Shown in pieces: positions 13,035 through 25,699 of a stretch of DNA of 64,000 bases (positions are counted from its first letter, which is position 1; each line of letters opens with the position of its first letter). The notes under the pieces are model-generated. The model was not told the origin of the DNA, did not search any database, and saw only the letters and a list, made by a program, of their open reading frames with translations. The DNA is from Macrostomum lignano. Lineage: Eukaryota. The translations under genes were made by a program, and so were the position numbers. Location of the stretch: assembly GCA_002269645.1 (NCBI GenBank), contig NIVC01000592.1, positions 457,213 to 521,212 of the forward strand, written 5' to 3'.

Positions 13035-16000
13035 CTGCGAGGTGGCAGGGAAGGGGAGAACTGACGGTTGAGCTCATGCAGTGGCTGCTGATTCTGGTAG
13101 TTGGGTGAATTGGGGCTTGCCATGCGATTCCCCAAGGCACAGAGAAAGTCAGGGCCGCTGTAAACCCTGTGTGAGCACGTGTGAGTGCGTGCCTGTGTAC
13201 TGTATTGGTGCGCTTGTCTGTGCTCACGAGAGGAATGGGCGGAATCGCCTCAGCGCTGGTAGGGGAAGGTAGCTTGTATTTTCTATTTATACGTGCAGGT
13301 CGGTAGAAAAGGTAGTGCGTGAGCACACTTGGTGAGGCCCAGCTTAGCGGTTGAGTCCGCCTGTCGAATATTGAAATATTAATAAATCAGACTCGAGCTC
13401 CGAGTCTTCAAGTCACGAAACTGGGAATCCGTCTTCGTAGTGAGTCGATCTGCTTGACTGAACAAATTTCTCACTCGTGAACATACTACTGACTTATGAG
13501 TAGCATCCGTCGTCCGGCTTTATCGGCGTGTTTCAAAACTGGCAGGCAAGTCTGATTACGCAGGGCTCCACCGCTCCGACATCAATTCGCCCTAATGAGC
13601 GGCAGCAGCGACGGGGGAGTTGGAAACAGGGCCTCTGCATCTCGTTGAGCCCCCCATTGTGGTACTGCAGAGAGCAGAAAACATGCAAATTTCTGCTTAT
13701 TGACAGACTCGAGAGCAACGCTTCCCGCCCCATCATCGCGGATTACGCAAGTGTCTCCTTCGATTAGCGCCGCGCGTCGGCCCGCAGCCAGTTGGCAAGT
13801 TTTAATGGACAACTCAGCGCTATCAGCTCAAAAAAGCACTTTAGCCTGTCAACATCAATTTGACTGGGGCGGAGGGCATCGGAGAGAGCTCTGTGACAGC
13901 CCGCGCACTGCTCGAACTGCGGGGGAGAGCCTCTGAAACAGTGGAGCGAACTGAGCTGCTACGGAGTGAGTCAGCGGGAGCAGCCCAGTTCTGCCACCTC
14001 GCCTGGGCCTCGGGAGGCTCAAAATGAAATTTATGGCGAGGCACCATGGACGGATGGAGATGGAGCGGGGGCGCTGCGATCCCCCAGGGAGACGGATCTG
14101 CATGCGGCTGCCGGTGCGCTTTGTTGCGGCCGGCCGCCATATTTCAGCATTTTTACATTTTCTGCGTCTTTCTCAGTCCGTTTTTTTGAAACCCCCAGGC
14201 GCCGCCACACAGTGAGCAAGGAGGCGGGGGCTGATGCTGGAGGCTGGGATGCAGAATGATTCATGGCAGCGATTAGGCCGCGAGTTTCATTTTCATTTTC
14301 GCCCACTCCAGGCCGTCCGTCAGGACTCCGCGGGGGCCCTGCATCTCTAAATCTATCTTCTTTCCAGTCGGGTCACCCCCCCTCTATCTCTGGTTATTAT
14401 TTCTGGACTGAGCCTGGCTGGCCAATTTCAATTCTCCATTTTTTCGCCATCGAGCCGGCCGCCGCAGCCATTTTTTGTCCCGGGAGAGACGCGGAGGGAG
14501 GCTGCGGCGGCGCGATATGATCCGGCGTGCAGTGAGCAGAGACTCAGCTGAGTTCCAGAGTAGAGCTCGGCTTAAGTACGCCTGTCTCTGGCAGCTAAGA
14601 TGCCCCACAAGTAGCCGTCCCAGATCCCAGCGACTGGGACATGCCGAGATTCGGGGGGAGGCAGAGCATAAATTATGACAAGGCAGCTCGAAGCGACTTT
14701 AGTTAATCCTCAACTGAGCGTTGGGTGACTGGCCGCCTCTGCGGCTGGACTCGAGCTGCTCATAGAATGTTCAATATGACTCCGTCAGCTCGGGGAGACT
14801 TCTTGAGACTTCTTGATTTAAAAAAAATCTGAGCACATGAACAGCAGGGATAGGACTCAGCATGTGCACTCGGTTTTCTAAGAAATGCACCGGATGCCGG
14901 TACGGAAGGCATATTTGTCATATCGCCAGTGCATTTTCCTGCTCTCAGAAATCGGATTTGTCTATGGCAGAACCCCATTTCTCAGCGCTATGTGGCCTCT
15001 AGCTCGTTTCTAAGAAAACCCACTGTAAGCGTCCTGCTACGTCAGTCTTCCATGTCTTGCCAATTATTTAAAGACATGAAAAGTACAATACCAACTCGAA
15101 GACTTGGAGAGACTGTTTCCTATATAAGCTTCATCGCGATTTCTAGCACAGGTGGCCCGAAGTTATGACCCACCTTCACTCTCCGTTCAAAGCATAGGAG
15201 GGTACAAGAACGGGAGCGGTCTGGCCAACAGGCCCGCCTCGTTGTCCATGGCTGCCGGCAGCACCGCGGATTAGCCGGTCGTCATAAAGAAAGCCCGATT
15301 AATCTTGATCCGGGCCTGGGGACGCTAATGGAAAGGTCTGATATTCGTGTTCCCCCCTGAACTCCCAAGTCTAGCGGACGGCCTGCCTGCCCCAAACCTC
15401 GGATCGGGCCTTTGCTCCTGTCCCCGGGCATTCCGCCCCCCCCCGTCACTCCTATCGATTTCTCTTCGAGCCATCAAGGATATAGAAAGGAAAAATCGAT
15501 CACTTACCATGGACCAACACTTGACCCCCTTAGCGCAGTTTGCGAGCAGAGAAGTCGCTCCGATTGTCGGCAATAAGCAGCGGTTTTCACAGGCGCAGGC
15601 CAGGCGGAGCGGCTTTCGGAAGTCACGAACTGCCGGCTCAAATATTCAAATATTCCCAGTCGGGCAGTAGGAGACGGCAGCGAGAGAGCACTGCGGGCTG
15701 GGCGTCCGGGCTGCGGCCGGGCTATATGGGGGAGCGGGGGGCCAAAATCGATGGGCCTCGGCTGGGCTGGCCGGATTCTGGGCAGGGGGGGGAGATGAGG
15801 AACGGACGCCAATCAGATGGCGCCGGTTTAATCAGGGAGAAAGAGAGACAGAGTATGTGGTGCGAGAGAAGCTCGGTCTCGCTCCGCGGCAGCAACTCGG
15901 TCAAATCTGGGCCAGCGGCAGCTCCCCAGATCCCTATTAATCTGCGGGATTGGGGCTGAAAGCCCCCCCCCCCACCCTGCCGCCCTGTTGCAGTGCGGAA

Positions 16001-17068
16001 GACGGCATGCCGGATCTTCGGTCCAATTTCTCAGATTACGCCAACGGGTGCCGAAGGGGGGGGGGCGGGGCGATGCTTGGATGGGGATTTACTTCCTAAT
16101 CTTTGGGATGAAAGAGATTGCTGGTGAAGAAATGAAAGCCTTCTACAGCCAGTTTGAGCTCCTCCGGAACTGCAGGATGATTCAAATGGAAGCTGTAAAC
16201 GATTCTCACCAGCCCGCGAATCAATAAAGTTCAAATGCTGTCGGGTTACATGTGTACAGGAACATGTAAAATGCTCAAAGTCTGCAGTTGAAATACCTGA
16301 ACTTTCTGGATGCCTTCGACTGGAGTCAAGTATGCTCAGACTCACAGCTAGCTCAGAGCTGCTGCCCTACCACAGCAGTTACGCTAGTGCTAACCGCAGC
16401 CAACATTTGCTTAACTCTGCCAGTGCTGGCGGTGAATTCTCTTAACCAGTAGGCTAGCGACCCCTCACAAGCGACCCTGCAGAGAGTTGAATTTTAACGA
16501 TATCTACTTGTGCAGAAGCCCGTCGGTTGCATTGGGCCAAGGCTGATTAAATGTCTACAATATACTTCATTGCGCTGCTGCCGAATCGATCTGGGAATTC
16601 GCTGCCGCCGCTGCCGCCACTACCCAGTCGACCCGAAACTCGAGCAAAACACTGAGAGAGGGGGAGAGAGAGCTGAGAGCGGTCCTGGGCTGGGGGGGGG
16701 TTGAGATGGTCTGAGCAAGAAAGCGAGGGCTGACAGGCGCGGCTAAAATAAGATTTACGATCAACCGCCAAGACGCCTCCGACTCGCCGACGGCTCCTTA
16801 GGAGAACTCCTCGATTACTTTGGGCTGAGTAAAGTGATGTTGCATAATAAACTTCATAAACTCTGCCATTCCCTACTGGCTGCATTCAACCTTTGAGCAT
16901 TGACTTATAGCATTGAGTGAGTGTAAACACTTACATGTATTATTCGCGTTCACAACACTTTTGGAAACCAGTAAAATACATGCGTACGACCCTGTAAGTG
17001 CAGCGACAGTCACGTGACATTTTGGGATTTATTGGTCTGTGGCAAGCTGTGAGACACCATCTATCCTA

Positions 17069-18466
17069 GAGTTGCCGGCACCCAATCACAGAGCTGGGTG
17101 AGGAACATTAGCCCCATTCTAGCTTGTACACCCGGAGTTGCCGGCACCCAATCACAGAGCTGGGTGAGTAACATTATCCCCATTCTAGCTTGTACACCCG
17201 GAGTTGCCGGCACCCAATCACAGAGCTGGGTGAGTAACATTATCCCCATTCTAGCTTGTACACCCGGAGTTGCCGGCACCCAATCACAGAGCTGGGTGAG
17301 TAACATTATCCCCATTCTAGCTTGTACACCCGGAGTTGCCGGCACCCAATCACAGAGCTGGGTGAGGAACATTAGCCCCATTCTAGCTTGTACACCCGGA
17401 GTTGCCGGCACCCAATCACAGAGCTGGGTGAGGAACATTAGCCCCATTCTAGCTTGTACACCCGGAGTTGCCGGCACCCAATCACAGAGCTGGGTGAGTA
17501 ACATTATCCCCATTCTAGCTTGTACACCCGGAGTTGCCGGCACCCAATCACAGAGCTGGGTGAGTAACATTATCCCCATTCTAGCTTGTACACCCGGAGT
17601 TGCCGGCACCCAATCACAGAGCTGGGTGAGGAACATTAGCCCCATTCTAGCTTGTACACCCGGAGTTGCCGGCACCCAATCACAGAGCTGGGTGAGGAAC
17701 ATTAGCCCCATTCTAGCTTGTACACCCGGAGTTGCCGGCACCCAATCACAGAGCTGGGTGAGTAACATTATCCCCATTCTAGCTTGTACACCCGGAGTTG
17801 CCGGCACCCAATCACAGAGCTGGGTGAGTAACATTATCCCCATTCTAGCTTGTACACCCGGAGTTGCCGGCACCCAATCACAGAGCTGGGTGAGTAACAT
17901 TATCCCCATTCTAGCTTGTACACCCGGAGTTGCCGGCACCCAATCACAGAGCTGGGTGAGGAACATTAGCCCCATTCTAGCTTGTACACCCGGAGTTGCC
18001 GGCACCCAATCACAGAGCTGGGTGAGGAACATTAGCCCCATTCTAGCTTGTACACCCGGAGTTGCCGGCACCCAATCACAGAGCTGGGTGAGTAACATTA
18101 TCCCCATTCTAGCTTGTACACCCGGAGTTGCCGGCACCCAATCACAGAGCTGGGTGAGTAACATTATCCCCATTCTAGCTTGTACACCCGGAGTTGCCGG
18201 CACCCAATCACAGAGCTGGGTGAGGAACATTAGCCCCATTCTAGCTTGTACACCCGGAGTTGCCGGCACCCAATCACAGAGCTGGGTGAGGAACATTAGC
18301 CCCATTCTAGCTTGTACACCCGGAGTTGCCGGCACCCAATCACAGAGCTGGGTGAGTAACATTATCCCCATTCTAGCTTGTACACCCGGAGTTGCCGGCA
18401 CCCAATCACAGAGCTGGGTGAGTAACATAGCCCCATTCTAGCTTGTACATCCGGAGTTGCCGGCAG
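17069..18466. repeat. 66-bp minisatellite, about 21 copies, two variants in a higher-order pattern
   Basis: Variant A (GTGAGTAACATTATCCCC) and variant B (GTGAGGAACATTAGCCCC) occur in the order B AAABBAABB AAABBAABB A A'. Confidence 0.96.
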
Positions 18467-19813
18467 GATCAAGTCACAGTGTCAGGAGCTTAAACTGCAT
18501 TTCATATTTATACACATTTCATACATTTGTACCTGAATTTTGTGTTCACATATAGTTAATTGCGATTCTTGAAGCGCTTGCTAATGTAGAATTTGCTCTG
18601 TTGCATTGAAACCACTGCGCACACCCTTCAAAGGCTGAAAAGGTGCACTGCTTAAAAGCAGGGAGATGGTGGCTAATTACTGAGTGGTGGTGAGCCTCTC
18701 TGTCTCTTTCTTTCTTCAAGCCTTCCCGTCGCTTTAGGCTCCCTCAGAGGTTTGGTGAATAATTGCATTAGCGTCCTGCAGCAGCTCTCTACACTGCAGT
18801 CCGTGGCTATCCGGTCCCGCTATCTCTCTCTGTCTTCCCGCACCGCCCCGGCTCCCGAATTCTTCACAATTCAGCACTCCCTGTAGCCCACCCAGCGCTC
18901 GCTGGAGCGGAATGGGCCCAGGTCCACGCTGGGATTAGTAACAGGCGTCAGCCAGAAAGATCCTGGCGCGAACAAGATCCGAAGCTGCGCTATCCGCCGC
19001 CGTCATCTTCTTTTCTTTGCCGGTAATTCCGGGTATTTTTGGCGCTTTACAAGCCTAGAATTTATGAGGCCCGCCCGATCTTTACAGAAGCTGCCGTCTG
19101 AAGCCAAATGTTCAGGGCCTTCGGTCTGCTGCTGCTGCTGCTGCAAGAAATGACAGACAGATTTATTTTGGCAAAGTTCTGGACAATTTCCTTTTTTAAA
19201 GTGGTTTCTTTAAACCAGCTGCTGTCAGAGAACTGCTTAGCAAAGAAGTTAAGAAATGCACGGAATGATGAAGCGCCGGCTTCAGCCAGCAGCAGGCAGT
19301 CAAAACGCCAAGTACGCCGTGTGCAGCGGCGGCATTCACCGGCTGTGGGCAGTAGGACTCGGCGCCGACAGCGCAACAGGTCGTGTTTGGACGGCCCGGT
19401 TCGGTCTTGAAGGCCGAAGGCCGACAAGATGCCAGGCGCTCCGTGGCGTTAGCAATGCAGTCGCTGGCGTGACCTCAACGGAGGGGATTCCAACTACAAA
19501 TCTGACGAATTCTAAATTAAAAAATCAGGCAGTCCAACCGGTCGGAGAAAACAGTGTCGATTTACTGTAGTACAGGCCCCAAACAGTGTAGCTTGCATTC
19601 CTTATAGTTCGCAATCAATAACTCAAGAGCTCCAGAACTCCAGTAAAAAGTCTGTCTCCTTACTCAAGTGTCGCTGAAATTATAATGACGCAAACTTTTA
19701 ACACAACGTTTATATTGTATTTTGCATAAGCTGCCAAACTGAGTTTGTGAACCAAGAATTGAAAACGTAAACAACATAACTTTGTGCGGCGTGCTGCAAA
19801 CCCCCCCATTCCT

Positions 19814-20617
19814 CTATGACCGCATTCTCGGCATTGTCTCAAAAGGATGGCCAATCGAGGCCTTCTGCAACTCTGCGATGAGATCGTGCAGCACGGGAGG
19901 CTGGCCGCAGTACCACAAAGAGTAGACCAGCTGCCCGTTGATCCACACCTCTAGCACGTCCTTGATGGGCACCATCACCATGTTGAATTTGATCCGACCG
20001 ATCAGCTGGCTCGTGGCCTGATTCACCAACCGCTTGAAGATGCTGGTGTGCTCCTGATCACTGTAGATGAAGCAGCATTGCACCTTGCTGAGCTCGCGCT
20101 CTTCCACTCTCTTGTCGGCGATCGTCCTCTCGATGATGCCCAACAGAGCGTCCGCCTGCGGAAAGACGCCCTCGATGATTCGGCTGAATACGAGCCGCTC
20201 GGACTTGCTGGAGGACGTGATGCCGATGTAGACATCAAACCCGGCATTGGTCGGGCCCTCCTTTCGCCGAACGTCCACCAGCTTGCCGAACCTCTGCCGG
20301 ATGATGAACTCCAACTTGTTGTAGTGTTGCACGTGGCTCTTGTAGAGATCCTGCAGACAGAAGGTCACAAGCACCAGGCTGGTCTTGTCCGAACCGCCGC
20401 TGTACTTTTCATTGAGGGACTCGCCATGGATTAAGGTCGAGTTAGTTGAAGTCAGCGAATCCGTCGACGTTTGTGAGTAGGATTTCTCTTCACTGGAAAA
20501 CGGACACAGCGAGTCTACTGATTTCCGAGCATTGTCATCTCTGTCACTGAATTGCGGAGCTTGTGATATCCGGGTTTTTCTTTTGCCACGTCTAAGCGGC
20601 GGATTCGGGTTCTCCAT
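19814..20617 (-). CDS. Intronless 267-aa protein with two tandem Rdx (SelW/MIEN1-like thioredoxin-fold) domains lacking CxxC/CxxU
   Basis: Domain 1: VTFCLQDLY...GFDVYIG...LVFSRIIEGVFPQADALLGII. Domain 2: FIYSDQEH...LEVWINGQLVYSLWYCGQPP. Both resemble the Rdx-family FEIxINGQLVFSK..GGFP motif. Confidence 0.72.
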   Translation of the reverse strand: MENPNPPLRRGKRKTRISQAPQFSDRDDNARKSVDSLCPFSSEEKSYSQTSTDSLTSTNSTLIHGESLNEKYSGGSDKTSLVLVTFCLQDLYKSHVQHYNKLEFIIRQRFGKLVDVRRKEGPTNAGFDVYIGITSSSKSERLVFSRIIEGVFPQADALLGIIERTIADKRVEERELSKVQCCFIYSDQEHTSIFKRLVNQATSQLIGRIKFNMVMVPIKDVLEVWINGQLVYSLWYCGQPPVLHDLIAELQKASIGHPFETMPRMRS

Positions 20618-21599
20618 GCTAGTCTGGCAAGTGCCACTCGCATTGCTACTTAGTGGTAGAATTACTCACTTTGTTAATTCGCGGCGCTTGCCAGTAATAA
20701 GCTAATCACTGGGTCTCGAGACAGAGAGCAAACGAAGAAGGCTTGTCTTCAAAGCGTGTTCTATGGCCCAGCCTTATAGGGGCGTCATACTAGCCCCATA
20801 TCATTCACTAACGCGATGATCGACCGCGATACGACGCTATGAGCAGCGCTCGGTGTCGCCACGCCAGTCACCACGGCATGTGGGACTACGAAAAAGACTT
20901 TTTTATTTCAGAAAATTAGCTGCACGTAACGAATCTGAGTCGTTTCGCCGAAAAAATCTTCGCAAAAAGTCGTTTTCTCAATAAGTACGAAAGTACGAAA
21001 GGTTTTGCTCTAGATAAATTAGCGTTTTCTCTTGTCTTTGACAAACAAGGGGCAACAACTTTATATTGCTGCGTATCTAATGATATGCCGTCGCTATTGT
21101 TTTTTTGGAGCAGTGGAGCGAAAGATGTGTTTGATTTTTTTCAACAGCCAATATTTTTAGACGTCGACAATGATGGCAAGTCAATTAGCATGCGCTATAT
21201 TCCCGTACAACAATCCGACGTCGGCCGACGTCGCACCGACCTCTGTCCGACGTCGTACGACGTCTATGTAACATTACGTGTTTCCTATTGGTCGGACGTC
21301 GGGCCGACGTCGAAGTCGTAGTCGAAAAATAAAATTCGCGCTGCTTCAACATTTATTTTCGCGGGATGAATTGGCAAGCAATATTATCATGCATTATTTC
21401 ATTACTAAGGCGAATTTAGGGCGATGTTTTCTTGAAGTCGGAAAATTAAGATTTTCGAACAGTAATTACATGTAATAGTAATAATAATATCTAATTACAA
21501 TTTGCCCAATTGGGCCAGATGTGCAACTGACAGCTCAGTCGCAGCTATTGCTCGGCGCATCATCAGAAGGCTGCGTAGTATAGTACATATATAGCGGCT

Positions 21600-21790
21600 G
21601 CATGTTCAGTGCAAGGACTGGTGTCGCCACACACCCTCAATACCCCAGCTAATGCTGATACCAGTTTTACATCTGGGTAAACCGAAGCAATGCAGGGTTA
21701 AGTGCCTTGCTCAAGGACACAAATTGTTCCAGTGGTATGGGGAATCGACCTTCCCACCTTCAAGTCGTGGAGTCCGACACTCTAACCTAA
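21600..21790 (-). mobile_element. tRNA-derived SINE with a CORE/V-like central domain
   Basis: Minus strand begins GGTTAGAGTGTCGGACT (A box) ...GGTCGATTCC (B box). Plus strand carries GGGTTAAGTGCCTTGCTCAAGGACAC, resembling the conserved SINE central domain. Confidence 0.65.
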
Positions 21791-22594
21791 ACCCATAAAT
21801 TCGATTAAAATTATAGCTAGCCTATAGGTTGTAAGCCTAAAAATAAAAATTATAGAAACAGTAAAAATATTTACCAATATTGACAAGTTTTAAGCATCAA
21901 TTGATTTCTAAGCTCAAAAGCATGAATTCGGTATGCATATAAAACTTAAACAAAGTTTCGGCAGAATCAGATGAGCACAAATGCGCAATCAAGACTCTAG
22001 CTAGTGTTAAAAGTATTGTGTATACAGGTTCAAACTTTTGTTCTTACCAAAAGAGCAAGCGGTCAATATCACGAAGAAAGAAAAAAACTAGACATTTTGA
22101 ACCTATATTTTTGTGCTATTAATAAATATTGACCGCTATCTCTAATTCTCTAATTCTATAATTACTATAGAATTATAGATATAATTCTATAATTCTCTAA
22201 TTACTAAATCTCTAATTCTTCTTCTATATACTAAAAATGAACCTCGTTAGTTGACCGACTTTTCATTAAATTCATACTTTTAACGATTTTCGCAAATTCA
22301 GGCAACGGGGATGATGCAATAAAAATAATAACTTCTCATTAAATGTAACTGTTTTTTAGCTAACTTTTTTGAGTTTTAAAGTTTATTCGAGAAAAAATGA
22401 ATTATTGATGAGGGTGCTTTTACTGAATATATATTCACAAAAACGTAAATTTAACAAAATTTGCTTAGACAAAATAAAGCCGTAATGTATTTTTAATTAA
22501 AACCTAATTTATGAAAATAAAAAAAGTTTTTAAATTTGTTAGCAACATTTTTTTAATCAAGTCTTTGAAGCAACCATGTGATTATTCATCATGT

Positions 22595-23585
22595 TGTGGT
22601 AGGCCGGTCTACCACTGGGAGGACGACAGCAATCTGTGACGGCTGACGAGACGGTTCTCCACCGGCTGACGATTGACGTCACTTTTGCTCCTCTTTGTTC
22701 CCTCGCCTGTTCCCCCGGCTGTTCCCTCGCATGTTCCCCCGGTTGCTCCGTTCGGTGCCCCACCCTTTTGTTTGTTTGTTTTAGTGTTTCCAGCTGCCGT
22801 TTTTCCCCTTTTCCCTCGAGTGACCGACCCACTTGCTGATCCAATTGGTGCCCCACCCTCTGGGAATTATCTGTGCATGGTATATATATCCTGTGTGTTT
22901 AATCAGTTTCTCTCATGCTTCCTTTTCTCCCCTGCTCCTTTGTCTTTCCGTTTTGTTTGCGCTCCGTTCATTTTTAGCGTTTGTAGCTCTCGGTTTAATA
23001 ACTTGATCCGTGCTTGATATTTAATTTCTTTGCCTACTGACTCGCCCCTCGGCTCCGCCGAATCGTCCCATCGCTGACGTCAGCCTGCAATAACAATTAT
23101 TTATAAATAGACTTTTGTTTAACTTAGTGTTTTATCCAGCTATAATAATAATAATAATTACAAAACCAACTTATTTATTCATTGTTCATTGATCGAAGCC
23201 TATAGTTTCTATTGAGTCATTTGCCCACGGGGCGTAAAACAATCTATTGTCTCATCTCAAAGAAAGGTCTGAGACCCTCAAACGTTCCGTAATACGAAAT
23301 TACGGTGGTGGCAGCGCTACTTAACTACTGATAGTAACCTGCAGTTACGCAAATCGACGAACATTGGAATTTACGGTGTCAAGACCTCTGTGTCCACAAT
23401 CTGAACGACCGTGCCTGCTAAAGACCGCTCGACTGCGATTACGACTACCCTCCCCCCGGAATCGAGGACCCGACAGACGGAGTATCAAAGGAGAAAAGCA
23501 ACCCGATTCAGTTAGTGAAATTTTCCGGCTTTACGATCGCTGAGATAACGCAGGCGGCGATTCAAAGTTAGAATCCGCCCCACCA
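22595..23585 (+). mobile_element. Solo LTR of a diverged subfamily related to the Gypsy LTRs at 31009-31899
   Basis: Starts TGTGGTAGGCCGGTCTACCACTGGG, identical to the LTR start. Contains GAGTCATTTGCCCACGGGGCGTAAAA and ends CCGCCCCACCA. No clear target-site duplication. Confidence 0.85.
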
Positions 23586-25699
23586 TTAATGTCATGTCAT
23601 GTACAGTTAAATTTATTTACCTGAAATATTCAGCATGTTTTATATATATACATGTATAGCAGTAAAGTACTGAGTCCGCGTATTCTTATTCCCACCATCA
23701 CGATTCACGTCCTTGGTACGGTTCCTTGGCGCATTTCTGCAGAGAAGTTTCTATTTCTATAGAAAAAATTTCTATTTAATGACCATAAGTCGTTAGATGG
23801 TTTTTAAGGCCTTCAAACAGAATATTTACATTTATACAATAATCGCCAAATATTATGAGCAATCCTTATACTCGATATTTTTTCATTGACAGATTAATGC
23901 ATACAATCTATTGCATTTTGGATGAACCGTTGTTTGCATCAAAGCCATACGGTACCTGTTTTTAATCCATCCGTAAAAACCGCAAAAAAACCCTATGCGC
24001 TCTTTCAAATTTTATATTCTATACAATTTTGTTGTCATCTAATTAATATCTACATAAATTTACTTTTATAACGTAAATACTAAGCTGTTTTGTGCAATAC
24101 CGCCAACTACATACATAAATTTCACGCAATACTTTTTTTAACTCCTTGCTTTTTCTTTCGCTTCGTTAGTCGTCCAAGTATCGTTAATAACATTTCCGCG
24201 TTCTTTCAAATACCATATTGCAAAACTTGTACTAATCGTAATTAAATAACTAGTGCTAAAATATTGTCTCCTATTCCTGAAGTAATATTAAATACAGAAA
24301 TATATTGGCCAAACAGGCTTCTTGCCTGAGCCAACTTACTTTACTATTAAAGTGGTCACTGGTCAGATCGTCATATTCCATTTCGTCATATCGGATGACG
24401 AAGTGACCAGAAGCAAAGTAGCTTGAAAAATAATATGACGAAGTGACCAAATATTTAGTTATGCTGAATACTTCGTCATCAACCAATCAATCTGTGCGTG
24501 ATTCGAATTAGTGTAAACTATTTTTTTTAATAACTATAAGCTGCGGCAAGCAGAACCGATCGATCGACAGGTTTTATCAATTGAGGTGACAAAATGACTA
24601 GGATCATTAGGATTCCAAGTAAATATATTTAATTGCCACAATAATTCACTTGAAGTTGGAACTAATATGATTGGTGGATGACGAAATGACTCTCTTCAGG
24701 TAGTGCATGTTAATTAAGATGACAAAGTGACCATACGTCGAGGTGAGCATCCCAGACACCCAGATGACGAAATGACTAGGAACCCATTAAGTTAGTGTTG
24801 GCAGCATCCTACGACTTACAAATCAATCAATTTATTTATTTTCTTCTCACCCCCACCTCAATGTGATGTGACCATGTGATTTTTGCTTTGCTTTTATCAC
24901 TTGCATTTTTTTCATTAGGGCTTAGCGGTAGGCCTAGCATCAGCTCTTTTGCCATATTGCAAGGTAGAAAATGTCAATTGCCTATTTTCTAATCCATTAG
25001 AGAAATAATTAATAAATAACCTACTTTGGAATTTGGATAAGCTAGCTTTTTATTACAATTGTGAGTTATTGGCCATTCCATTGTCACGTTTGGGCAGTAG
25101 TAGTAGAAGCTATGACTTTTAAGAGGGCCGTTTTAACGAGAGTTGTCATTGTAGTCCAAAAGGAAGGTTAATTGAACAATGGCAGTGTAGCGGTTTCGTG
25201 TAGCGGTAGCACTTAGGAGGAAGAGACTGATGATTAATTAATGTTGAAGTCATGGCTTTATATTTGTCTCTTTGAAATATTAATAGTTGGTACAAAGCAA
25301 TAACAATATGGGCACTGGCGGCTGCAACAGCGAGTTAATGATAAGATGAATTGGCGATGGGGCAATGGCAGTGAGTAGAGGTCGTGAGTAGACAGAATGG
25401 CAGAGAGCTGGCGTTAGCCGTGGTAGAGTACAACTTGGCAGAAGAGGCATAAACAGTCTGGCTGGCAAGTGGAGCCGTGGCAAGAGAGAAGGAAAACGAG
25501 AAAGCGCAGGGAACGCTAAGTGAGAGAGCCAAGGAGAGAAAGTGAAGACCCCCCAGCCCGCTGCCAGGCGGGGGTTAATAAAGAGTGCAGAGGGCTAGCA
25601 TAATACATGCGGAGAATTTTCATTGGCTGGCGAGAGAACTTGAAATTATCGATCGTGCTAGATTTTACAGACAAATGCGAGGTCTACCAAATACACAGT

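Noticed and set aside
13500-16900. Many short GC-rich ORFs; possible 5' exons of the 11.5-13 kb gene or an undecayed relative of the 27-28 kb repeat
   Set aside because: No recognisable motif or phase-consistent exon chain; resemblance to 27-28 kb is limited to short words.
17061-18441. 447-455-aa ORFs on both strands; CRISPR-like regularity
   Set aside because: Units are contiguous with no unique spacers, there are no cas genes and the context is eukaryotic; open frames follow from a stop-free 66-bp unit.
18940-19570. 100-121-aa ORFs on both strands
   Set aside because: No recognisable domain; an upstream in-frame stop; cannot be supported as a gene.
24260-24861. Loose GATGACGAA/TTCGTCATC inverted repeats and a 26-nt match to the LTR 3' end (TTTATTTTCTTCTCACCCCCACCTCA)
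   Set aside because: Fragmentary TE debris; boundaries cannot be defined.
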